A DNA stretch of 64,000 bases, from assembly GCA_963826525.1 (NCBI GenBank), contig CAWGXH010000005.1, positions 96,001-160,000 on the forward strand, in the 5' to 3' direction. Below the pieces are notes generated by a model, which ran no database searches, was not told the DNA's origin, and saw only the letters and a list, made by a program, of their open reading frames with translations. The stretch is from an uncultured Methanomicrobiaceae archaeon (GTDB lineage: Archaea > Halobacteriota > Methanomicrobia > Methanomicrobiales > Methanoculleaceae). This document shows positions 19,127 to 28,793 of the stretch, in pieces. Position numbers and translations under genes: made by a program. Within the stretch, counting starts at the first letter, position 1. Each line of letters starts with the position of its first letter.

Positions 19127-19458
19127 TTAATCAACTCCGGATACATTGTTACTTCTCCTCCGTATAATAAACTCAGATGCACGGGTATATCAAGGGTTCG
19201 AACCGTTAATAAAGTAACTGTCATCCGGGCGGTGCATCTCGAAAAACGTCCGGGCTGGTATCCGGCTACCGGAGATGAACTCGGGGCGTACGGTGGATGC
19301 GGCCGGGTGCCGGGCTGCCCTCCTGCATAGGATTCTGCGGCCTCTCCGTACCGATGGTGATCGGCGGTCCAGAATCGCCTCACATCAGGCCAACAAAAAC
19401 CTTTTCTCCAAAAGATACATTATGCTTTGAGCGAAATTAAGTTGCAGAGGAGATCCGA

Positions 19459-19719
19459 ATGGAAAGCAATAAGCTGTACGTTGGAAACCTTACCTATTCG
19501 GTAAATGAAGAACAGTTAAGAGAGCTCTTTTCCCCATACGGGGATGTTAAAGAGGTCCGTGTTATCGAACGCAAAGGCTTTGGGTTTGTCGAGATGGGAA
19601 GCCCCGAAGAGGCTGAAAAAGCAAAAGAGGGACTGAACGAAACCGTTTACGAAGGCCGAACCTTACGGATCGACGAGGCGCGCCCCCAGCAGCCACGAAG
19701 AGAGTTTCGAAGATTCTAG
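19459..19719 (+). CDS. RRM (RNP-1) RNA-binding protein
   Basis: RNP2 LYVGNL and RNP1 KGFGFVEM. Confidence 0.93.
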   Translation: MESNKLYVGNLTYSVNEEQLRELFSPYGDVKEVRVIERKGFGFVEMGSPEEAEKAKEGLNETVYEGRTLRIDEARPQQPRREFRRF

Positions 19720-19983
19720 TGGATTATCATATGGGGCGCACCCATTTCACAGGTGACGAACGTCGGATGCAGAGATGCGCCCGCTGTTCGCCGGTGAGGG
19801 TGCCCCTGGAACAGTAGATCCCTGATAATACACAAAAATACTCTTTCTCTCATCGATGTAATCTCGCTCTCCCCAGTAGCGGCCTCTACCTGCTGATGCG
19901 GGTATCCGTCGTGGCGGGGAGCGGCATCGGGCTCTTGTTCACCGTATCGAAGTGCGTATATGTCCCGGCATCCACCTGCAGGT

Positions 19984-20500
19984 ATGTCCGCCTCCGGGAA
20001 GAAGTGCGGTCTGCCGCCGGAGATAGGCCTATCGCCGCGCATGATGATTCTGGGGAGTTTTCCGAGTGTTGAGGCGCTTCTGTGGGGTCAGTACTATCGG
20101 CACCGGCAGAATCTGTTCAGGCGCATTATGAGCGATCTCTTCGCCATCTCCGGCCGACCTTCCGTACCATGAAATGATCGCCGTACTGGAGCAGCATGGT
20201 ATCGCGCTCTGGGATGTCATCGGGTCATACAAGCGGGTAGGAAGCAGTGACTCCAGGATTTCAGGGGCGGAGCGAAACGATCTGCCTGCTCTCCTCGAGA
20301 GGCATCCGAAGATCAGGCAGATCGCACTTCGCGGGAGAAAAGCGGAAGACCTGTTCCGAAAGAATTTTCCCGGCGTTTTCGAGCGATTCGCCGTCCACAG
20401 ACTCCCCTCGACGAGTTCTGCATATGCAGCGATGCGGCATGCCGAGAAGCGTGAAGCATGGCGAGCCATCTGCAACTGGATCGCCGAAGAATGCTGCGCT
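19984..20500 (+). pseudogene. DNA-deoxyinosine glycosylase (UDG family 6)-like gene, disrupted
   Basis: LILGSFPS-like MILGSFPS...QYY, then frame change to IALWDVI...GSSDS...LPSTSSA. Conserved residues look eroded and there is no stop at the expected position; end approximate. Confidence 0.6.
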
Positions 20501-20512
20501 GGTGCTCCTGGT

Positions 20513-20824
20513 TCAGTCCGGTGGCGCCGATGTAGCGACCACCTCCCCGTCGTAGGTCTCGAGCGTCAGCCTTCGGGCAATACCGCTCTCTTTCAGCCAG
20601 TCACGGTAACGCTCCGCACCCGGTCTTCCAAGGTCCTCCGACTCCCATTCCGCGACGGCGATCGTCGTACGCTCGTCGGCACGCATGAGCCGGTAACTGA
20701 TAAAACCCGGCTGCTGCCGAAATACTCTGACACCCTCGGTATGAATCCTCTGGAAGATCGCGTCCGCCTCGCCGGATCTTAAGTCGATCGTCCATCTCCC
20801 GATGGTTGCGCGAAGATAGGTCAT
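20513..20824 (-). CDS. ABM (antibiotic biosynthesis monooxygenase-like) domain protein
   Basis: RQQPGFISY...AEWES pattern; 103 aa. Confidence 0.75.
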   Translation of the reverse strand: MTYLRATIGRWTIDLRSGEADAIFQRIHTEGVRVFRQQPGFISYRLMRADERTTIAVAEWESEDLGRPGAERYRDWLKESGIARRLTLETYDGEVVATSAPPD

Positions 20825-21045
20825 GCCCTTCCCTTACGTCCCGTGGTGATATATCCGACGGTCGGAAGCGCGCTATCTCCTTCCCGGGTGCTGCCTTCAG
20901 TGGAGCGGGTTGCAGGGCAACTCCCCGTCAGCCCGTGCACGATAGAAGATGCGCCTACCGATCAATCCTGACGCCTCCCCGGAAAGCGGTATTCAAAAAA
21001 GGCGTTTCGGAATGGCTAAATGGGAGATCCCGACCATACTTCTGT

Positions 21046-22068
21046 ATGGCGGCGGAGGCAGGTGCAGAGATGCCCGCAGTGCTCTTCGAGCATGAGGTTG
21101 CCCTGATTCGAGAGGCTATCGATGCGTATACCGGCGAGAGCCCCGCTCATATTGCAGTGATTGCAGACCCTTTCGCTGGTCAGAGCATGATGATGCAGCA
21201 GATCATCAGGTTTTACCCGCACCGGGTTACCCATCTCCCCTTCTATTCGGTCGTCAGAAACACCGGTTTCCTCGATACCGTGCGCGGGACCGAGGAGATC
21301 GTGTTGATGGAGGGCTGCCACTTCCTCGCTCTCCGGCGTATCGGTGGATTCGCCATGCTCGATGCATTCCTCGAACTCCTCGCAACCTCCGGAAAACTCT
21401 TTATCACGGGGTGGAACAGCTTTGCATGGTCATACCTGAATGCCGTCACCCGTCTTGAAGAGAACTTCCCCGTTGTCATCCGGCTCCCCCGCATCGAGAA
21501 CGCGACCTTAAAGGCGATGATCCTCTCGCGATACGACCACCCCCTCCTTTTTGTGGACGATACGCCCCCGCAGGAGAAGCGCCGGGTCTCTATCGAGAGC
21601 CGACTCCTCGACCTGCCGTTCTCCGACTCGCCGGTCACGGTGCCGTGGCTGAAGATTGCTCCGCGTGCCGGCGTTTCCGGGGATGTGACGGAGACGGCCG
21701 GGGCCGCCGAGGATGCGATCTTCGACCGGATTAATCGTATCGCCCTTGGCAACTACGGTGTGGCTCTGCGCATATGGGAGCGAAGCCTCGTATCGGATAC
21801 GGTCAGGATGAGCAGTATCCCTGCAAATCCGTGCACCGTCTCCCTCACCATCGATGAGGCCTTCCTTCTTGCGGTCATTCTCTCGATGGAGTCCATCAGC
21901 TTCAGCGATCTCGAGGAGATCGCGCATACCGATATCGATGTCAGGCAGGTGCTCTACCGCCTCAGGGTTCAGGGACTGATCGAGGAGGAGCGGGACTCCT
22001 ACCGCGTCAAACCCGAGGCGCTTCACTGTGTCAGCGCCTACTTACGGAAGATCCGGATGGTGTGGTGA
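21046..22068 (+). CDS. Hypothetical protein with degenerate P-loop-like N-terminus and winged-helix-like C-terminus
   Basis: HIAVIADPFAGQS, IVLMEGCH, GNYGVA; C-terminal LYRLRVQGLIEE...YRV. Overlaps mscS. Start uncertain. Confidence 0.7.
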   Translation: MAAEAGAEMPAVLFEHEVALIREAIDAYTGESPAHIAVIADPFAGQSMMMQQIIRFYPHRVTHLPFYSVVRNTGFLDTVRGTEEIVLMEGCHFLALRRIGGFAMLDAFLELLATSGKLFITGWNSFAWSYLNAVTRLEENFPVVIRLPRIENATLKAMILSRYDHPLLFVDDTPPQEKRRVSIESRLLDLPFSDSPVTVPWLKIAPRAGVSGDVTETAGAAEDAIFDRINRIALGNYGVALRIWERSLVSDTVRMSSIPANPCTVSLTIDEAFLLAVILSMESISFSDLEEIAHTDIDVRQVLYRLRVQGLIEEERDSYRVKPEALHCVSAYLRKIRMVW

Positions 22069-22901
22069 TGGTCGACGGCATTCCTTCCGATATCAGCGAG
22101 CTGCCGCTGAAAGATCTCGATCTCGGGACGGCGCTCTTCATCGTCTACGTCATCGTCATCGCGTACGTGCTCGTCCGGGTTGCAACCGCTCTCCTCAAAA
22201 GGCTGGCGGACCGGCCGGGAGAACGGCGGCTCTCGGTCACCATGCTGATTCCGCTCGTCAAGATAGTCGTCTACATCGCGGTCATCATCCTCATTCTCCA
22301 GGCCGTCATCGAACCGTCGCTCTCTCAGGTCGTCGCATTTGCCGGGCTCCTTGGTGCGGGACTCGGTTTCGGATTAAAAGATGTCTTTGCCGATATCGTC
22401 GGGGGGATCGTCATCTCTTTCGAACGTCCCTACCAGATCGGCGACAAGATCTCGATTCGGGGCAACTATGGGGAGGTGGTGGATATCGGCCTTCGTTCGA
22501 CCCGTATTATCACTCCCGACGACTCATCGGTCTCCATTCCGAATTTCGTCATCTTCAGCGAGGCAACTTCGAGCAGCAACGCAGGCAAGGCCGAGATGAT
22601 GGTCGTGGTCGACGTATACATCGACCACCGGAGCGACGCGGCCGCTGCCATGGCGATCCTCAAAGATGCCGTGAGAACCTCGAAGTATGTCTTCATCTCC
22701 CCGTCGCGCCCGTATACGGTTCTCCTCGAAGATTTTCCCTTCTACAAGCGCGTCCGTGCAAAAGCCTATGTCAGTGATCTCCGCTACGAGTTCGAATTTT
22801 CATCCGAAGTGACCCGGCGTGCCTGGACGGAGATGAAACGGCAGGGGATCGCCCCGCCGGAGGTGCTCCCCGGCGGGCTTCTGCCTCGCGGGCAGGAGTA
22901 A
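22062..22901 (+). CDS. mscS: Small-conductance mechanosensitive channel (MscS family)
   Basis: Three TM segments; GLGFGLKD...RPYQIGD...GEVVDIGLRST...IPN. Confidence 0.92.
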   Translation: MVMVDGIPSDISELPLKDLDLGTALFIVYVIVIAYVLVRVATALLKRLADRPGERRLSVTMLIPLVKIVVYIAVIILILQAVIEPSLSQVVAFAGLLGAGLGFGLKDVFADIVGGIVISFERPYQIGDKISIRGNYGEVVDIGLRSTRIITPDDSSVSIPNFVIFSEATSSSNAGKAEMMVVVDVYIDHRSDAAAAMAILKDAVRTSKYVFISPSRPYTVLLEDFPFYKRVRAKAYVSDLRYEFEFSSEVTRRAWTEMKRQGIAPPEVLPGGLLPRGQE

Positions 22902-22957
22902 GGTGCTCGGGCTGCCCGTGCACAATCCTCTTATCTCCCTGCTCCGAGATCTTCTGT

Positions 22958-23137
22958 ATGACTGAGTATGCCCCCGGCATCGTCGGTGAAGTCTCCTTCT
23001 CACGTCAGGAACGTGCCTACTACGTCGAACTCTTCGACGCAGCGGGAAACTCGATCGGAAAAACCGGCCTGTACCCGTCGGAGATGAAAGCGCGAGAGGC
23101 GGCACGGAAACTTGCTGAAAAGCATCACGGCCGGTAA
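22958..23137 (+). CDS. 59-aa small protein, DUF1508/YegP-like pattern (absent from ORF track)
   Basis: MTEYAPGIVGEVSFSRQERAYYVELFDAAGNSIGKTGLYPSEMKAREAARKLAEKHHGR*; fills the intergenic gap. Confidence 0.6.
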   Translation: MTEYAPGIVGEVSFSRQERAYYVELFDAAGNSIGKTGLYPSEMKAREAARKLAEKHHGR

Positions 23138-23199
23138 GCTTTGCTGCATCACTGTTTAAAAACATTTTTCCGTCCTCCGAAGAACGATATCGGTACTCC

Positions 23200-24027
23200 A
23201 TGAGATACGTCACCAAGATGAACGGGAGTCTGCAGCCCTTCGACCGGGAGAGGGTGAAACGAACCGTCAGAAATCTGGGAGTGTCGCCCGAACACCTCGA
23301 GCAGATCGCCGATGAGATCGAGGAGCAGGTCTACGACGGGATTCCGACCTCCACGCTGATGAAGATGATCCGGGCACGTGCCAGAGTATTCCGGCCGGCC
23401 GTCGCCTATCGGACCAATCTTCGCCGGGCGCTTGCCCTATTGAGCCCGAAGCCCGACTTCGAGGTGTACGTGCAGGCGCTGCTCCGGGACCACGGCTACG
23501 AGGTGGAGTCTGCCTGCATTCTTGCGGGACGGTGTGGCGAACACGAGGTAGACGCCATCGCACGGAAGAACGGCGTCGTGTACTTCGTCGAGGTGAAGCA
23601 CCACTTCAATCATCACCGGATGACGGGGCTTGATGAAGGAAGGATTGCACGGGCGATCATTGAGGATGTTCAGGAAGGGTATCGCCGTGGGGAGAACTCG
23701 CTTTGGGTCGATACCGCTCTGATCGTCTGCAACACCAAGCTCTCCGAACATGCGAAACGCTATGCGACATGCTGGGGGATCGAACACATCGGATGGGACT
23801 ATCCGCTCGATCGGAATATCAGGACAATGATCGAGGAGACGGGTTCCTATCCGGTTACCATCATCTCCGGGATGGCGCCGGCAGTCCGGAAACGGCTGAC
23901 TGCCGCCGGAATTCTCACGGTCAGAGACCTGCTCGCTATGGACCGGGCAACGCTCGTAGAGACTGCGGGGATATCGGAGCATACGGCAGATACCCTGATC
24001 GAACGAGGCGAAGCACTCCTCTCCTGA
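23200..24027 (+). CDS. ATP-cone + Mrr-like PD-(D/E)XK nuclease + C-terminal HhH-like domain protein
   Basis: VTKMNGSLQPFDRERV (ATP cone); DFEVYV...EVDAIA...FVEVK; helical tail LTAAGILTVRDLL. Confidence 0.82.
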   Translation: MRYVTKMNGSLQPFDRERVKRTVRNLGVSPEHLEQIADEIEEQVYDGIPTSTLMKMIRARARVFRPAVAYRTNLRRALALLSPKPDFEVYVQALLRDHGYEVESACILAGRCGEHEVDAIARKNGVVYFVEVKHHFNHHRMTGLDEGRIARAIIEDVQEGYRRGENSLWVDTALIVCNTKLSEHAKRYATCWGIEHIGWDYPLDRNIRTMIEETGSYPVTIISGMAPAVRKRLTAAGILTVRDLLAMDRATLVETAGISEHTADTLIERGEALLS

Positions 24028-24055
24028 CCGTTCCGGGGAGACCTCTGCCCGGTCT

Positions 24056-25012
24056 TCAGCCGACCGTCACGGTGGCGATATCACTGCCCAGTAGGCGGAG
24101 TTGTTCGTCTGTCGGGTTGATCAGCACGATCTCGGGTGGGCTATTGAAGCGGAGATCGGTGCCGGCAAGGGTTGAACCGCCGATACCGCGGGTGATGTAG
24201 GTCGGCGGCCCATCGTTCCGGATAAGACCCCGAACCTCGATAATCTGATACTCGCTCAGCTGCTGGACAACCGGGAACATGAACTGACCGCCGTGTGTGT
24301 GGCCGGAGAGGATGAGATCGGTATCCCAGTCAGCCCTGCAGTCCGGGACGTGGATGAGATATATGGTGAAGGCATCGGTCTTCGGCACCGCCGGGGGATC
24401 CGCCATCCCCGCCCACGCGTCGTCCACGCCGACGAGCATCAGCTCCGTGCCGTTGACGTCGAGGGTCACGTACTCGTTCCGCAGAACGTGCACTCCGTTC
24501 GCATCAAGGGTCTTTGAAAGTTCGTCGGCAAAGTCTGTATCTGTCTCTTCGTCCAGCAGACAGCCGACGTCATAATTCTCTGCGGTGATCGTAAGATCGC
24601 GTACCGCCATCGTCTTCTGAAGGCCGCCGATGCCGTCGGTGCCCGCCCGGTAGTCGTGGTTGCCGAGCACGGCATAGACGGGAGCGTCGAGATCGGCCCA
24701 TACGTCTTGCATGCCGAAATCGGTCTCATCACCGTTCACAAAGTCCCCGCCTATCAAGACGAGGGAGGGATGTAATAGATTGATCCGGTCGATAACTTCC
24801 CTGACATACTCGAGATTGCCTTCCTTCAGATGGGGGTCGGAGATGAACACCACGCCTTGCGGCCCTCCATCGATAGTGAGGGCGGTTACCTCGACTTCAT
24901 GCGCTTCCCAGGTCATATATCCGAACATGGAGGAGATAAAGATGAGTGTAAATGCCCCCAGATAGGGGATATTATGCCTGCTCAGCTTCATTCCATTTGT
25001 ATCAGCTTTCAT
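24056..25012 (-). CDS. Membrane-anchored calcineurin-like metallophosphoesterase
   Basis: SDPH, GGDF, GNHD and GHTHGGQ motifs; N-terminal TM. Confidence 0.9.
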   Translation of the reverse strand: MKADTNGMKLSRHNIPYLGAFTLIFISSMFGYMTWEAHEVEVTALTIDGGPQGVVFISDPHLKEGNLEYVREVIDRINLLHPSLVLIGGDFVNGDETDFGMQDVWADLDAPVYAVLGNHDYRAGTDGIGGLQKTMAVRDLTITAENYDVGCLLDEETDTDFADELSKTLDANGVHVLRNEYVTLDVNGTELMLVGVDDAWAGMADPPAVPKTDAFTIYLIHVPDCRADWDTDLILSGHTHGGQFMFPVVQQLSEYQIIEVRGLIRNDGPPTYITRGIGGSTLAGTDLRFNSPPEIVLINPTDEQLRLLGSDIATVTVG

Positions 25013-25018
25013 ATATAT

Positions 25019-25714
25019 TTATAATGCAGGGTGGTGCGCTATCGTGGTCACTGTTCGTGGGCAGAGGGGATGATCTCCGATTCGTCCAGGTGCTTCGAGG
25101 TATCCGCTCTCATCTGCGTACGGGGTTAATAATCTGTCTGTCACCTCCTCTTTCGAGGTGCTCCGGAGGTAGAGGTATCCGAGCGAGGCAATGAGGAGGG
25201 CTCCGGCCATATCGACGATGAGGTCCATCATGGTATCGGTATTTCCGTGCTGCAGCGACAGGCCGAAGATCTGATCGAGGACGAACTCGTAGATCTCCCA
25301 GATCGCCCCTGCTGCCATGGCAAAAAGGAAGGCAAAAAGGACGATGAATCCCCGCGTCATCTTCATCCCGAGAAAGCGGTCGGCGAGCAGAACGGCGACA
25401 AGCCCGATTAACGTGACGGTTACGGATGAGATTAAATGGGCAGCCTTGTCGTAGTATGGGGCGAAATCTACGTAGAATCCTTCGACATGGCCGGCGACGT
25501 GCATGTACAGGGAGACTGCGATGAGGAGGTTGAGTTCCCACGGAATCTGTACTTTCCCTTTCCTTGCTATGGCGTAGGGAACCAGTGTCAGGAAGAAGGC
25601 ACCGAGTGACGATACGGCAAAGATGAGGTTCCCTGCCGCGATGCTGATGCCGACGTTGAGGAGGATGAGGAGCCGGACGAAGACGGTGATATATACTCCA
25701 AGGGTTCCTCTCAT
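25019..25714 (-). CDS. Integral membrane protein (DUF2238-like)
   Basis: YYDKAAH, WEIYEF and DTMMDL motifs; several TMs. Confidence 0.75.
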   Translation of the reverse strand: MRGTLGVYITVFVRLLILLNVGISIAAGNLIFAVSSLGAFFLTLVPYAIARKGKVQIPWELNLLIAVSLYMHVAGHVEGFYVDFAPYYDKAAHLISSVTVTLIGLVAVLLADRFLGMKMTRGFIVLFAFLFAMAAGAIWEIYEFVLDQIFGLSLQHGNTDTMMDLIVDMAGALLIASLGYLYLRSTSKEEVTDRLLTPYADESGYLEAPGRIGDHPLCPRTVTTIAHHPAL

Positions 25715-25951
25715 TCGTACCACAGTGTGCGGGAGGTTGAACGTTTTATGGCATAAGTGTGGTGGCACACCTGACGTCGGGGCGCTTCACGCATCACGGT
25801 GCACCATACCTGCATGACGATCTCCCGCGCCCGCGCATCACGATGCAATAGAGATTTTAGGAAAAAGATATATTCTCGTGTTTTGAACTATATGGATATT
25901 GTGCGGCGATCTTCATTTCAGGAGCACGGATGACAGGTATTCAGGAAACAG

Positions 25952-26647
25952 ATGAAGCGGCAGGAGGTCGGGGGGAGCGGTCTTGTGCGGCTCGATATGC
26001 ATGTGCACTCGGCATACTCGCTTGATTCGATGGTGAGCATCGAGGCTCTTGTCGGAGCATGGCAGAAGAACCGTGTCCTCTCCCTCGTCTGCGACCACGA
26101 CAGTATCGAGGGTTCGAGGCGGGTATACGCACGGATACGAAAGATCGACCCGGAGATCCCGCTGGTCCTCGCAGAGGAGATCACGACGGCCGAGGGCGAG
26201 ATCATCGGCGTCTTCCTCACCGACGAGATCCGTCCCGGAATGAGCGCTGCCGAGACGCTCGATACCATCCGGGACCAGGGGGCGCTCTCCATCGTCCCGC
26301 ATCCGTTCTGCACACTCCGCTCGACTGCGATCCGGCGGGAGGCGCTCTACGAGATCATCGACCGGGTCGATATCGTCGAAGGTTTCAACGCACGGAATCC
26401 CTCGCCTGCGGAGAACGACCGGGCGGCGGCCTATGCACGGGAGCTGGGTAAGCCGGTCTCGGCGGGTTCCGATGCTCACCTCCCGTATGAGCTCGCCCGC
26501 ACCTACGTCGAAGTCCCGCTCTTCGACGGCCCGAAGGATCTTCTCTCCGCTCTGGAAGGAGCCCGGGTCACGACCCGGCGAGCTCACCCGGTCAACCGGC
26601 ATCTCTCGAAGGTCGTGAGGATGGTACGGCAGGCGGCCGCCGGCTAG
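25952..26647 (+). CDS. PHP-domain metal-dependent phosphoesterase
   Basis: DMHVHS, CDHD, PHPF and GSDAH motifs. Confidence 0.9.
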   Translation: MKRQEVGGSGLVRLDMHVHSAYSLDSMVSIEALVGAWQKNRVLSLVCDHDSIEGSRRVYARIRKIDPEIPLVLAEEITTAEGEIIGVFLTDEIRPGMSAAETLDTIRDQGALSIVPHPFCTLRSTAIRREALYEIIDRVDIVEGFNARNPSPAENDRAAAYARELGKPVSAGSDAHLPYELARTYVEVPLFDGPKDLLSALEGARVTTRRAHPVNRHLSKVVRMVRQAAAG

Positions 26648-26663
26648 CCTTCCCATGCTCCCT

Positions 26664-28047
26664 CTACTTCGCAGAGCGAGCCGCCAGGCCTCCGAGCAGC
26701 GTGGTGAGCAGGGCGAGGAGGGCAAGTGCGAGGAAGACGGTGAAGATTATTCTCATGCTCTCGATGGAGCATCGGAAAGGTCTCAGGGCCGATCGCTGAT
26801 TCCCCGAAGTACCGGGCGAAGACGGTGATGGTGATCGCCATGCTGATGGTCATCCCGAGGAGGCGCATCGTCTCGACCATGCCGGATACGGCACCGTACA
26901 TCTCCCTTCCGATGGCTCCGATGGCTGCGCTGTAGATGGGGGGCTGGAAGAAAGCGATTCCGGCAGAGAGCATCACCAGTGCGAAGAGGACGACTCCGAG
27001 GGGCGTACTCTGATTGAGGCCGGTGAGCAAGAGAAGCCCTGTGGCCGTGATGACGATACCCCCGCTCGCAACCAGGTGCGGTCGTGTCATATCCGCGAGT
27101 CTCCCCGAGAACCGCACGAGGAATGCCGTGATCAGCGTTGAGGTGAGGAGAATGAGGCCGGCCGTCTCCGGGCTCAGTCCCCGTATGTACTGCAGATACA
27201 GGCTGAAGAGGTAGATCCCGGCGAATGTGGCCGTATTGAAGATCAGCACCGAGCCTATGGTGCGCGCAAAACAGCGGTTTCGGGCAAGAAGGCGAAGATC
27301 GATGATGGGACTTCTGCTCCGGAGTTCCCAGACCGTAAAGATGCCGAGGGCGACGAGCCCGAGGAGCAGGGTGAGGATGCCGCCAGCGCCCGGGAGGAGC
27401 GAGAAACCGACCATAATGAGGAGCAGCATGGTTACGTTCAGGACGACGCCGGGCAGGTCGAGGTGTTTCCCGCTCGAGAGAGCGCACTCGCCGGTGAGTC
27501 TCGTGCGGAGGAGCCAGAGGACCAGCACCGCTATCGGAAGGGTGAAGAGGAAGATCGCTCTCCAGGAGAGGTAGGCGGTGAGGAGGCCGCCGAGCAGGAA
27601 TCCGAGGGCAAAGCCGGTATAATTCGCGGCGATGTTCGTGCCGAGGGCTGTTCCCCGCTCGGTCTCCGGCAGTACCAGGCTCAGAAGCGCGAACGACGTG
27701 CCGAAGATCATCGCCGCCCCGATGCCGGTGAGAAACCTCGCGCCTATCAGGGCAGGGGCGGAGGGTGCGGCGGCGGCAAGAAGGGCGGAGGCGAAGTAGA
27801 CTGCTATCCCGATCGTGAAGACTTTCTTGACCCCGTAAATATCGGCTATCCTCCCGAACGGTACGAGGAACATGGCAGCCGCGAGGAAGAATGCCGTCGG
27901 CACCCAGCTCAGCGTCACCGGATCGACGGCAAACTCCCTGCCGATCGTCGGGATCGCAACGATGGTCCCCGCCACCATGAAGGGGGCAAGGGACGAGGCG
28001 AGCGCCACGGTGATGAGCGTGTTCCGCCTGCCTGCAGGAGAGGTCAT
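26664..28047 (-). CDS. MFS transporter (DHA2-like); last TM frameshifted near 26765
   Basis: Motif A GRIADIYGVKK and many TMs; the hydrophobic tail IIFTVFLALALLALL is in another frame ending at 26664. Confidence 0.88.
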
Positions 28048-28083
28048 CGTCACTCTCTCCGGAGCGTCTTCTATATATACTCT

Positions 28084-28790
28084 CTACCGGCGGCGCAAGC
28101 GTTCTCTGAATAGGCGGAATGCTTCGGTAATTGCCCCCCGGTCGTTCCGCACGCTCGGATACGGCGAGACGATAACGGTTCGTCCGTCGACGCTGAACGC
28201 CTGCTCGCGTTGGCGATGCGTGGCATCGGTGATCGTCCGGCAACCCCCAAGTTCGCCTGCGTAGGATTCGATGGACGCGAGTGCGTGCAGCGCCGTCGAG
28301 CCGAGCAGGCCGATCGTGCCGGGGTCGAGCCGCTCGATCTCCTGCTCGAGGATCGTCTTCGCGCTGTACTCGATCAGGGATCGCGGAATATGGGCCGGAG
28401 GTCTTTGTTGACGATGCACTTGATGGTATCCGTCAAAAAGAGGCCGCGGCGGCGGAACTCCTCCAGGCACTCGCGTTTCGTGCCGCCTCGAATCCCGAGG
28501 CCGGCAAAGATCTCCCTGCTTATCCCGGTGACGGGTGTCTGGTCTGGATTGTAAAAGTAGCGGTACCGGTCAGGATCTTCGACGCCCCGCCACGGCGGCG
28601 CCTCGGCGATGAGAAGGAGATCGGCGCCCCCTTCCGGCAGCCACCGCTCGTAGGCGGCATAGGTCTCGGAAGGAATGATGTCGAGGCGGAGGAGGGCGCG
28701 GAGATCACGGTTGTGCAGGCGCTCCTGCTCCTCGATGTATTGTTGGTAGAGTTTGCGGACGGTCCCTGCGGAAAGAGGGGTCGGGTCCAT
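28084..28790 (-). CDS. Uracil-DNA glycosylase-superfamily protein, frameshifted near 28395
   Basis: LLLIAEAPP...YFYN...FLTDTIKC, then LEQEIERLDPGTIGLLG...SPYPS. Confidence 0.65.
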
Positions 28791-28793
28791 CCC

